Part shown: positions 53,201 through 64,000 of the stretch, piece by piece | Layout of the letters: each line of letters begins with the position of its first letter | Position numbering within the stretch: position 1 is the first letter of the stretch | Assembly: GCA_965285935.1 (NCBI GenBank) | Contig: OZ260667.1 | Location: 15,810,001 to 15,874,000 of the forward strand | Length of the DNA: 64,000 bases | From: Ophelia neglecta | Taxonomy: Eukaryota | Reading direction: 5' to 3' | Translations under genes and position numbers: made by a program | Notes under the pieces: generated by a model | Told to the model about the DNA's origin: nothing | Seen by the model: the letters and a program-made list of their open reading frames with translations, nothing else | Database searches by the model: none

Positions 53201-56200
53201 TAGCAATACTCTTGTCCTTTACGATTTAGTATAAATTGGCAGACCTATCAGTGCTAGGTGTGATGATCATGCAGCATTGACGCGACCACTGCCACTGCGA
53301 CAAAGACGGATGACACTCGCGGGGGATGTACCGACACTAACTACCCCCGGTAAGCATAATCCGACGAGACGCAGAAAGTACGACCGTGATACCAAACGAC
53401 CAATAACACCTATTGGCTACGACAGCCCACTCTGTCAACTTCACCACAAATTCGAACAGGGACCTGATTCACAATTGAATTATTTAGCTAGGACAATGCG
53501 CGGAGCTTGCCGAAGACACAAAACAAGGACACTACCTATGTTCGATGATGGACGACCTCATCAGGAGGTGAGCAACAAGCTCAAGCAACAAAATAATTAA
53601 TTCCTATCAGTTTCCTCCCGCTACACATAGGAAAAAAAGACTGGCAAGTTGCAAAAAACATCAGCGAGATGCAAAAGCATCAGCAGTAGCTAGACAATAC
53701 ATTCAACAATAGGAAACGAATACCCAATGAAAGATGTATCATCTAGGTGATCAAAAGAGCACAGAGGTACACACATATGACCATCATACTAAATGCCTAA
53801 TATCAAATCAATTAATTACATATTGCCTGAAACCAGGCAAGCACTAGATAATTGTCTTGTCCATGTGGTGTCTGCCTGGTGACATCTGCCATGAGCCTCT
53901 GGGATTGACTAGCTATAGCTGTCCATTCAGTCAATAGAACATTATCAAACAATGCAGACTTGTTTTCACACAATAGGATGATTTTATTAATGATAGTGGC
54001 TTGAATACAGAATGCCAGTTCTTTGTGTTGGGACCGAGATGATGTGATTTCCAAGCCAGAGCGACAAATGGTTTAAATCACAGCTAAATCACTCATTACA
54101 CATACGTTAAAAGGATATACTAGAAGAATACATTATATGGTCTCTAAGTAATAAACAAGTAACTTGGCATGAACCATATGTACATGCAAGAAGTTAGCCT
54201 CTACTTTTCTGAATTACTATTATATTAAATCTGGCCATTCCAAGAAGTCAGCAAATGGCAGTATGTCTGATTAGGTGTCCCTTTATCATAAATAAAGATA
54301 TGAAATGTCTTTACAAATAATTACTGCTCATTTGTGTGACAACAGACATGCAAACCGGAGCGATATTCATTTGCACAATCTTAACGTGACTGACCAATAA
54401 CAGTGGGAGGTATCTGAAGTGATGCAGGCCCTGGCGACCAAGGCCATTACATCAATTGTCACTCCTCCCCTGTGGGCGACTTCCAGAACAATAAGAAAAC
54501 TCCATGTATAATATGACAATTATGATTACACTATACATAGCAATTGGCAATAACATGCTAATACACAAACAATGGCTTTTGCTTTTTTTTAACCACCCTC
54601 CGGCGGAATAAATGAAATCTATCGAAGCCCCCAGGTCTCGAATGTCATTTTGGCGACCTGATCAGAATATAACATCGGCGGGCGACATTCGTTATTGATT
54701 CATGACACAAATGCCCATCAATTGGGAATATATCATGATAATTTGCCAATAAAACTTCAACACTGCGATGAATTTATCTCAAATTTATTCTCAATTGTCA
54801 TATCGGATGATATCATTGGGGACATTATGAGGGACAGAGGATCAAATGAGATGACGGCAGGGCCTGGTATCATTTATTGTGCCATATGGAAAGCAACAAC
54901 TTGTGGGACCTAGAATGGATCATTATTTATATATACACAAATTCCTTCATCTCCTATCACATATTAGGTGATCCTCCACAGTGTGATAAGTGGACAAATA
55001 ATGTCGACAGCATAATGCACACTTCAGATTGATATGAATAGAATCAATTTTAGGTAATACTAGCACTGCATATCAAACATACAAACTTAATAATGTAATA
55101 CCATATTTTCTTCTTTAACTCACACAGAAATGTTATGTATTACCAATAGTATTGCATTAAAAAAAAGCACTCACCTTGGTTTTTTACTTCAGCAAATTCA
55201 TTGTTGTATTCTTCTAGAGTTTCTCTAAGCTTGGTGTTCTCTATTTCTAAGTCTGTTACCCTCTGGGCTTTCTTGTTGAGCTGCTGTGCATGCTCCAGCA
55301 CCGGTACTGGATCTGAAACAAATAAAATCCCATTACAATCATATCACGGTAGATAAAAATGGCAATTTTGATTCACCCCCAAAAAATTATTGAACATTCT
55401 GATGGAAGGTATATGAAAGAGAATAAGCTTAAAACGAGATGCAGTAAACAAATGATGAGATTGCTGCATATTATCAAGCAAATGCATCTGTTACCACTTA
55501 TTATTATAAATATTACCACAGATTGGAACATTTCAATTTTTATCGAGTATTTATCATATATTTGTTTGCTCTCCATCAGACCATGATGAATTCAAACATT
55601 TAATAGATGGTGAGATATTAAGATTGTATCTACTGACAGAAATGGAAGCAAATAAAACAAGAGTAATTTTTGCGAGAGGCTGATACCTTTCAATCAGCCG
55701 CCCCTTTGATCGATCACATGATATGCCTGGACAAATGGGAATTGATCTCTGGGCGGACATAGACGTGAACACAGTTTATTGGGAGATGGTTAGCGGTATC
55801 ATTGATCGTACAGACACCAAACCACATCAACTCTCAGTCAACTCTAAGCCATCCACAAATAGGCAACTGATGGCTTTGGCAAATACGACGTGTTGCTTTT
55901 AGGTAGGGCAGTAATATTCTCACCAAAGGTACAAACAAAGACAATGACATGGATGTGAAAGGGAGACTTGCTGCTAATTGATAAAGACAGAAATGTTACA
56001 ATCTAAAGATGAAGTAATCTGATAATGCAATCAAGATGAATAAAAATAACCTGAGACATACTGACTGGTTTGCTAAAGTAATAGACAATGCCTAAATAAA
56101 TCTATTATTTGAAATGGTCATTCATTTTGGATTATGGTGCCCTTAGACATTAGTGATTACTTAAGCATTGATCATTTTATTATTAAAAAGAGATAGGCCA

Positions 56201-58347
56201 GATCATAAAAGCTGGTGCTGAAATTGTATTTTTGATGGAAAAGAACAATTTTACCAGTAACCAATTTACTTGGTCTTAGAAGCATTCCCTTTAGCTTCTA
56301 CAAATAAATTCTTCAAATGACTTATACTAAATATTGCATTAACAATAAGTCATAGACAAATTAGTTAATCAATCGATAAAGTCCATTAAAGGTGAAAGCC
56401 TGGAGCACATTTGTCTACTTGTTTAAAGGCCAGATCGCAGTCCATAGTGTTTTATTTGGTAATTCCAGCGGATATTTGCTTGTGGCACCTTCCTCCACAG
56501 GCCGCATCCTTGCACCTTCACAGCCACCAAAATCAAATATGATCACAATGGCACAGTCCATTTAAATGTTCAATACACAATTCTCAACTGGCAGCAGTCA
56601 GACACCAATCTTTCCCCAAATATTGATCTGATGGCTTGCACTAAAACCAAAGACTTTAGCCGTGTTGACCGTTTGAGGGGGGTTTTCAGCTTCAATCGAA
56701 GCTGCCATATATGTAGGTGAAGATTGATTGGTTTCAGACTCTGACTGGCTAGGGTGTCTCATCACCATATAAAGCCACTTAGGCAATTTTAAAATTGAGC
56801 TTTATGCTTTACAATGTGTACAATATAGGCATTAGTCATACTCCGAGTGACTACAACATTTTTATTGATGCCCGGCAGAGTCAGTTAAGTGCAGAATCAC
56901 AATCTCTAGAAGTTTATCTGCACATTCTACACACTACCTGTCTGCAACATCTTTCGCCAAGCCCGCCTCTGTTGCATGTGCAACAATTTATGATGAATTT
57001 TGAAACCGAGATCACTTTTCTTCCACTACCAGTGTGTCGTTTCGGAGCTGCCATGGTGTTTGATCGATAAACCGGTAGCACTATTGATCCTGACTATTGA
57101 GCCTGATCACCTCTCTTCCTGTGAATGCAATTTCCTGCTTTTCACATTTTTTGCCCTTTCTCAATCTGAGACCAAGTCTTGAGACAGGTAGGTCTGGTTC
57201 AATATCAAAGTAAGAAGGGTTCTAAGTCTGATCAAAGTTCTATGGTAATTCATATGCTCAAATTTTTTTTGGCCAAACCTTCCAATGCTAGAGTTGTTTA
57301 GTCTGTACACATTCCATTAGCTATGGATTTGCCGAGAACCGACCTGATGTCGAGACAGTGATTTCTTCAAAGATGTCAATTTTCCCCTTTAAACTCAATA
57401 CTCATCACTGACACAGAGTCCATTAACATGTTTTTTTTACCAGCAGTGAGCTTGAAACTACAATGAGGAACAAATATCTCCTTTTTTTACAATCAGGCCA
57501 TTTTCATCATCAAGGTATTTCAGTAACACAGAACATTCATTGATTTACAAGAAAGCTTTTACAGTATCTAGTTTCTTCAGCACTCAATGACGAATTTCTT
57601 CCGCTTATAAAGTCTTCTTTTTTTCAACAACAATCATTATCGCCAGAGTTCTGATCCATTGATTGCAAACACAGCAAGGTGAAATAAGGTATGGAAGTAT
57701 TATTTTCCATTTTGAGGTGTTGGCTCAAAAATGCTCAGGTAATAATCTGTACTCGTAGATGGCTGTTTGATCTCCAACAGAAGTTAATTTCAATAAACAA
57801 GCAAGGTTATTAAGAAACTTTCAGATAATCAAAACACATTCCTTTGTTTATGTAAACATAGTGTTTCAGGTAGATTAATTGGAGTCTTTTAACCCAAGTC
57901 TTTTAGAATATTGGCAGTAAACTCATCGCTCTCTGGTTCATCTGATCGGTGGCCATCAGATTCATCAAAGCCAGCTCTGCTTCTTGGTGTGTGAACCACT
58001 AGGTACGGTATTGCCCAGACTTCACTGAGCTCAAATATTGCGACAAATTAGAGCAAAAGCCAATTGATACTCCTGCTTCCTCCAAGTTGTCAACCATCAA
58101 TACTGTAATCACTTGGGATTTAACATCAAAGCCACTCGAAAAATTACTTTGAATCTGAGAGTGCTAATCATTCTGTGTTGATTGTAACTTATAGTGGTTG
58201 TATGAAAGCTGTTGTCTTACCTGGAGCATCGACGAATTTCTTGTATATGGACAAGAAGGCTGCTTCGGCATTTTTACTTCGCTTGGAAAGTGAGTCAATT
58301 TCACCTTGAAAACTCTTCAGCAGTGGGGCACATCCTTTCCTTATTTC
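20284..58347 (-). CDS. CUX1: Protein CASP (CUX alternatively spliced product), Golgi tail-anchored coiled-coil golgin, 5'-partial, about 627 aa in the window
   Basis: The same nine shared exons, then CASP-specific exons 25067-24931, 24684-24612, 24504-24395, 24198-24082, 23881-23738, 20929-20784, 20344-20284. The phase-1 donor at 35706 fits the acceptor at 25068. CASP_C motifs: [56 protein letters not shown] segment [16 protein letters not shown] carries the Tyr/His pair conserved in CASP, golgin-84 and giantin. Confidence 0.93.
22070..23695 (+). CDS. Uncharacterised 315-aa protein, N-terminal TM segment plus degenerate JmjC/cupin-like domain, nested antisense in a CASP intron
   Basis: Coding exons 22070-22277, 22438-22608, 22799-23242, 23571-23695. 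Three GT-AG introns, all phase 1, with pyrimidine-rich acceptors; 948 nt open frame ending in TGA. An acceptor at 22064 just before the ATG implies a further upstream exon. Hydrophobic segment [26 protein letters not shown]; motif order [35 protein letters not shown]. Confidence 0.78.
26449..26454 (-). terminator. Candidate intronic poly(A) signal ending the CUX isoform
   Basis: AATAAA on the minus strand with a downstream T-rich tract. It lies upstream of the first CASP-specific acceptor (25068) and implies a 3' UTR of about 3.7 kb. Confidence 0.45.
30105..31072 (-). CDS. CUX1: CUX terminal coding exon with CUT-class homeodomain and EWEF C-terminus
   Basis: [54 protein letters not shown] (His in helix 3, typical of CUX); stop at 30105-30107. 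Confidence 0.95.
30105..58347 (-). CDS. CUX1: Homeobox protein cut-like (CUX isoform: coiled coil, 3 CUT domains, homeodomain), 5'-partial, about 1455 aa in the window
   Basis: Shared exons: 58347-58221, 55312-55175, 51250-51183, 48486-48354, 47104-47038, 38574-38526, 36996-36826, 36392-36211, 35867-35707 ([78 protein letters not shown]). CUX-specific exons: 34855-34241, 34088-33973, 33859-32794, 32203-31697, 31072-30105. All phases join; the protein ends in EEWEF like vertebrate CUX1. The first coding exons were not found in the window. Confidence 0.95.
31697..32203 (-). CDS. CUX1: CUX-specific exon 4, contains CUT domain 3
   Basis: [64 protein letters not shown]. Confidence 0.95.
32794..33859 (-). 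CDS. CUX1: CUX-specific exon 3, contains CUT domain 2
   Basis: [64 protein letters not shown]. Confidence 0.95.
34241..34855 (-). CDS. CUX1: CUX-specific exon 1, contains CUT domain 1
   Basis: [60 protein letters not shown]; acceptor at 34856, donor at 34240. Confidence 0.95.
41741..42252. repeat. Degenerate minisatellite, about 37-bp unit, about 13 copies
   Basis: Unit close to CATCTCACCCCTGAATGTTAAAATGTRTAYRGAACTC, in tandem with small indels. Confidence 0.9.
42376..43127. repeat. Minisatellite, 45-bp unit, about 16 copies
   Basis: Unit TACCACATTCTGAGCTCTGAGCTGTCATGTTAACAAGATTACAGA; near-identical copies with a few recurring variants. Confidence 0.95.
43186..43838. mobile_element. Non-autonomous DNA transposon (MITE), Tc1/mariner-pogo type, 653 bp
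   Basis: TA flanks both ends (43184-85, 43839-40). 25-bp TIRs CCGTATCCGACCGGGTTAGCGCCCA / TGGGCGCTAACCCGGTCGGGTACGG with 1 mismatch. Repeated subterminal GGGGTGGGCG motifs; no transposase ORF. Confidence 0.88.
43976..44427. repeat. Minisatellite, 50-bp unit, about 9 copies
   Basis: Unit ATAACCACTTCAATGTGTGTGGACTCTGAGCAGGACTCATCCCATCACAG. Confidence 0.95.
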
Positions 58348-61300
58348 CTGAAAGAAAGTTTTAGAGATACAATGTTTTAATTAATAAGTAAAAGAAACAA
58401 AGTCCTTCAATAGCGTTTTATCTCTAAGTTGTTGTCTTTCCTCTGCTACACTTAAGTCCAAATCGCTAAAAAGTTTTTTTTGGGGGGTGGGAGGGTGGGG
58501 GGGGGGACGGAGGGTCGTAAATAATTTCATACTTCATTTCATGTGAATATTTAATCATGTAATTAACACTATCACTTTTTCCAGCAGCAAAATTATCACA
58601 TTAGATAATGGCATAAGAAATAGTGGTAAAAATGTGACCAAATATAGCGGTGTTAGCCTCATAACTTTGTCATTCTGTTTCACTTGGCTATAGGTTATTC
58701 AACAGGAGTGACTGTTGCTATGCATCAATCCTAAAACAGCTATTGATCAACCCTATTGAAATCAAAAGAATTGATTTCTGCTCTGAATTGACTTCAACAT
58801 CCTGTGCCATGAAGTGGCACAATTAACTTGAGATAATAAAATCAGTTCAATATCAGACAGAATAATGACACATTTCCTCCGGAAAAGCATTGATGTCTTA
58901 TGGTAGATTTGTCACAAAAGAACATTTTGTTGATGATGTCAATTATTTGCGTCGACTTTTCAAAAGTGATGTTTTAGCAGAGCATTGAATGGCTGGCCCA
59001 TCAGCAATGCATATTGGCATAAATCTATGGGGCATTAAAAATAACCTCACAATAGATAGTCAATATTTTTCACCAAGTTCTGATATTGATGGTAGAACAG
59101 GATAAACAACCTGCAGCAGAAAGATAATGGAAATTATTGATGAATACAAGCCTTGATGGACTTGATTTTGAAAGGAAAATGTACAACTCCAATCACTTTT
59201 GGTGCATTTTCTACTCGAATCAGGTTCACAAAACATGGCAACTAAAACGTATATGAGATTTAGCCAACCATCAGTTCATTGCACATAGCTTAACATGCTT
59301 AATGGAAATGTGGTTTAGATTATTGTTTATCTCAAATATTCTTGTGACAGTGTACAGTGATATCAGAAAAATCATCTCAAGTTTCAATGCCGTCTAAGAA
59401 AATCATAGTCCTTGGACCCCTTCTACTCTCAATAACTAGTAGATTTATAATGTGTTATAGCAACAGCTTGTTTCTCATATCAATTTTAACTCAACTTTCT
59501 GAGGACATCAAATGAACAAGTTTTGATCTGATGTCTTTGATATGTATCTGATAAATAAAATTAATTACTTTGTGAAGCAAGAACATATGTTGCATAGGTT
59601 GGGTTACAGTTTATGTTCTTATAAAGATTTGGCTGTGTCTTCAGCTGATAGATGTAATATGTAATTGGGTGTAATTGTGTTCACTTTATGGCAAGTCAGT
59701 GCTTTCTTTGAAATAAGTGACAACTTAAATGTGTTTACCACATTTTACTATTGCTATCAATCGTAACCAAAGGAATTACCGACAAAACTATAAAGACAAG
59801 GTTTAGTACTCTGATCATTAACTCGTTATAAGTGTATTCCAAAAAGATCTATGAAGCATGTAACCTGCAATTAGACATATCCTTGTGCTATACAAAGGCA
59901 TAACGGGGATTAGAAAAATCAATGGGGAACCAAAAATCCCAACTTCTCAAGACGAATGCTAATGTTGTTAAGCCTTCCATTAGTAATCAATAAAATCAAG
60001 TTTCCCAATGTATAATGGATATGAACAAAACCTAGCGATGGGTAAGCCGGCATCTGGCTGCTAAAAACCCAAATCGGTTCCGATCCTTCTGCATGGAAAA
60101 TCGATCGATTTATTGACTAGTAGAACTCATTCTATTTCTTCTGCTCCTTGAAGAAAACATAAATACCCGCTCAATCCAAGGCCATCAAACGTGGTGCGAG
60201 GAACCCATCGATTGGCCAGATGAAAGTGTTTAGGATTGATATAAAGATGCTATAATACAAGTCAGACAAACAAAGAGAAATGGCAGATCGATCTCTGTCA
60301 TAGTCAAATGATGAGTCAGTTTTCGCTGCTGATATCTTGCTAAATCAAAGATTTCTGATTACTTTTTCTCTCTATGAAGCCAGTGGTTTCTCTAAAGAAT
60401 CAGATAACAATCAATGCAGTCATGCAAATATACTGTGTGTCACTCATGGGACATAGTTACACCAAGAAAGACACAAGTTAGGTCCAGCGATCATCCGTCT
60501 TATTAATTTACCATAGCAATCAATTGAATGGGCAGTCAATACTGAAATCTGGCTGCTACTGAACCTAATTGTATACTGACAGAAAACAAAAACTATAGTT
60601 GGATGGATCCTCATAATGTAATATGCAATTTCTGTGGTATTCTAGTCCTTTCTAAGAACTTTCTGTCCAGAAAAGTAATTGATTTAAATGTGGACCCACC
60701 CAAAAGTAGCCCTCTATCCCCTGAGAATATCTGTCTCCAGCCTGCCCAATCAACTGGTGAGCGGAAGCTGCATAATGGGGCTTCTAGGAACCAGCCAATA
60801 TTGATTTCATTCAAACTATCAATAACTTTGATGTGCTTATTATGACTCTGCGAGAGCCAATGAGCAGGTAGCTGCATGCTGGGGCCCGCACTTCGTCTCC
60901 TCATGCAGATGCCATGCAAGGTGGTTTTCTCAACACTGATTGTTGCATCTGCACACAAAGCAATCCGGAAACCAGTATTGATCGTCGAGCGATCGCTAAA
61001 CAAGGAGTATTGGCAAGAGCGGTTTGATCACCCGAGGCATCCTAACGGTTGTTAAAGGCTGCGAGGTATGCAACTCGCGGAGATGGCACCAGGGGTATAG
61101 GGAAAACGGCTACAAGTGGTCAATAAGTAAAGGTTATTTCCAGTAAATCTAAATGGCATTTATCCATATACCTTGTGGGGAATCGACAAATGCTCATCAG
61201 AAGTCTGCAAACCCCATACAGAATATGCAAGTAATGAGAATGATTATAACGTCCACAAAGGAGCACACAGACACATCACAGAGCTGAATTGATATTATAA

Positions 61301-64000
61301 GGCAGATACATGTATGACATGCACATGTTCAGCAACACTTTATAAAGAAGCCTTAGACCAAAGTTTACAATCTCATTAATAGTTTTACAATCAAACTCAT
61401 AATCACTACCCTTATTTTTAATAACTCACAAAACCAGACTACATGTTCATGCAAAATATGCTTGCCAAGCAGAAGGTACATTGTTTGCAAGATTGTATAA
61501 ACTAGCCACACTGACCTATGACCTTTCACAAGGAGCCATGATCAAATCAAGCTGCTCAATTAGCCTGATGGTCAAATATTGACATGCAGGGGCTTCAAAG
61601 AAACGGGTATCGATCAATTTAACAAATGTTGTGGTAATCGACACCAATTCTGGCAAGGTCAGAACTGGTTTAAGTGGAAAGCCAATGAAGGATTTGGATT
61701 TTTTGGGTTTAGCGACACATATGAAGGTGATAATACATACGAAGCTTACCACCAAAGAAATCCCCTGACCTGCAACTGACACATATTTTGCCAACTAATC
61801 TTGGTGTTTACATGGCATGCATATCTTAAGTTTTGTGCCATCAACAAGGTTGGTGCCCATTTTTTACACGCATTTTTTTTGGCTGAAAGTCCATATTGTG
61901 CTTCATTTCCCAAGAAAACACAAGCTATAATATATACATATAAATCATTTGATAATGTGATGTGTGTGAGGAGATAGATTTCTGGAGGCTAATCTATGAG
62001 TATAAAGTATGTAGAAGTGGGCCTGATAGTGTGCTGGTAAAGAAGATACAGCAGACAAGGACGTACAGCCACACAGCTGCACAAAGACATCAAACAGACC
62101 TTTATAAACTCCTCAAATTTATTACCCCAAACGAGACCAAGGGCATTCTACATTCAAAATGGAGAAGAGAGGATATATACAGTACATATATGTATTATGG
62201 ATCGAAATATATTATTTAATGTATTTTTAGTGGATTTTGTTTGGCCGACAATATTTTGGGTTGTTAACGCACTATTATCCAATGTTGAGTTATTCTGGTA
62301 ATCTATGATTGGCAACTTCCAGCTTTAAGGGATGTCTCTAAGACTCTTCAACCTGCTGTAACTACTAGGCTGCCTCCAAGAAGGCAATACCCCCAGATTC
62401 CAAATGATTCTATTCAATGGAGATGTAAAACAAAAAGATAAATCTCTTTGTTTCCAGTATAGGACAGACTATTAGCACGGAATGCTCACTACAACATGTT
62501 TATGGAGGGTATTATTGCTTACAAATATTATTTTACTGCCACAACGGACATGTGCTATTCATCAGTAACAATTCCATGTCCGCAAAGCAGCATCAATTTT
62601 CCCCATCTGCAGCCTGAGGGCACACCAGAAATCATTGTCTCTCCCCTAACTGTCTTTAAATTGCTGAGACAGTGAAAAACGACAAGAAGATTGTTGCAGA
62701 GAAAGTGGCCTGATTGTGTGTGGGGGGCATAAATCGTGGCCAGTATCGTGGCCGCGGGACCCTGGTGTCGGCCCGAGTGAGAAAGCAGCCATTTCAGAGG
62801 TTCGGGATCACCGTCCATGGCGCTGATCTTGTCACAGGTTCGACGACAGGTGACGCGACCGAGAAATATAGCCATATCAATGGTGATCTGAAGCCGACAC
62901 TGCTCGGCCCAGAGTCATAAAGTCACAGACAATGTGGGCTGATGACGACAGTACAGGAGAAAGTTGGAGCACCCTCGGGCTGGATTAGCCTGTGATCGCT
63001 GCAGCCACAGCCCCGGGGGCTATCGCCACCTAGAATCGATCAACGTTGGCGGCAACTCAAAAAGTCAGATTTGACAGACTTTGCGTTGAGGTGTGTCGCA
63101 TGTGGCTCACCCAGAGGCTGGGGGACAGCGGCCTGGCTTAAGGTCGCCTCCCATCCAAGACCCTCCACACCAGCCCCTCGCTCGGGGAGACTTAAATACA
63201 ATTACGATGATAAAGGATACTGCAACACCCGATTAAAAAATAATGATGCGAGAATGGCCGTATTCCACGGCATACATCACAGGCAATATACAGACTAATT
63301 ATGATTTGAATGGTGTTGAGGGGGTGAGTAAAGTTGTCACCTTGGCTGGACTAATATGGGATGATGGAAGAGGGGGATCACTAATAGTCACTTGATGAGT
63401 CTACATACTTATCAACTTGGTAAATCTCTCCCCTCATAAAAGCACATTGTTAACACAACATTTTAATCTTAGTATTTGTGCATTGCACTCATCCCTTGTA
63501 CAACTATCACAGTACGTAATCATTTGGAACAACAAAATGTACACTTGCAGTGTACTATTATATAATATATATATACAACAGGTAATAACCTCTCAGGTGA
63601 TGGTAACAATAAATTGACAGGTGATTGCGTACAAGCTACTTGCCTTACAGGACCTTAATGCCGCATAATGTACGATCACCTTCTGTGGCTTTGTGATCAA
63701 AGTAACTGTACATGCAAGTTACAGCCTTCTCCTTCCACATTCTTTTAAATTTCATTTTCAGAAAAAGTTGTTTGTCATGTATGTGTATACAGTATAATAA
63801 TACTTAATAAGAGTTCATGACATCAGTCCTTGTTTATCAAGGACTCTAATGTTAATTAATTATCTTCATCAACAAAAATGCAGATGATGTATAAACACTT
63901 TTATGGTCATACAGTACTGCCTTGTCTTTTTGAGTCTAAAAGTTAGAATGTGGAGATCAATTGACAATAATTGTATATGAACAATTAAACTTTAGTATAT

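Noticed and set aside
52998-53600. Two adjacent plus-strand ORFs (78 and 107 aa) in a CUX intron
   Set aside because: Both have TTG starts, no recognisable domain and no phase-consistent exon chain; better explained as a GC-richer non-coding block.
61579-61779. ORF with a WFKWKANEGFGFF motif resembling cold-shock domain RNP1
   Set aside because: It has a non-ATG start, lacks the RNP2 (VFVH) motif and shows no compatible exon structure; likely chance.
58348-64000. Search for CUX/CASP coding exons 1-2
   Set aside because: I saw no sequence encoding the expected N-terminal motifs (for example QDESxxSRKxL); they presumably lie beyond the window.

Overview
This is AT-rich, intron-containing animal DNA, probably from a lophotrochozoan invertebrate such as a mollusc (inferred from composition and protein divergence). 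It is not prokaryotic and I found no rRNA, tRNA or CRISPR. I rebuilt the gene models by hand from GT-AG junctions and reading-frame phases. (1) A complete 14-exon SLC12A8 CDS (+, 4871-10964, 711 aa). (2) A convergent 5-exon TLC-domain gene, TLCD3/FAM57-like (-, 14924-17494, 295 aa). (3) A large cut/CUX locus (-) whose first exons lie beyond the window. Nine shared coiled-coil exons (58347-35707) splice either to five CUX exons (3 CUT domains plus homeodomain, stop at 30105) or to seven CASP golgin exons (stop at 20284). (4) A 4-exon, 315-aa gene nested antisense in a CASP-only intron (+, 22070-23695). It has a membrane anchor and a JmjC/cupin-like motif series that lacks the iron-binding residues, and it is the best candidate for something undescribed. 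Other signals: a 54-bp-arm palindrome with two divergent CTCF-like motifs bounded by splice sites, a candidate 36-nt CUX microexon, four miR-92 seed matches in the inferred CUX 3' UTR, clustered ATCGAT (CUT-class) sites in CUX introns, two clean MITEs and three minisatellites.
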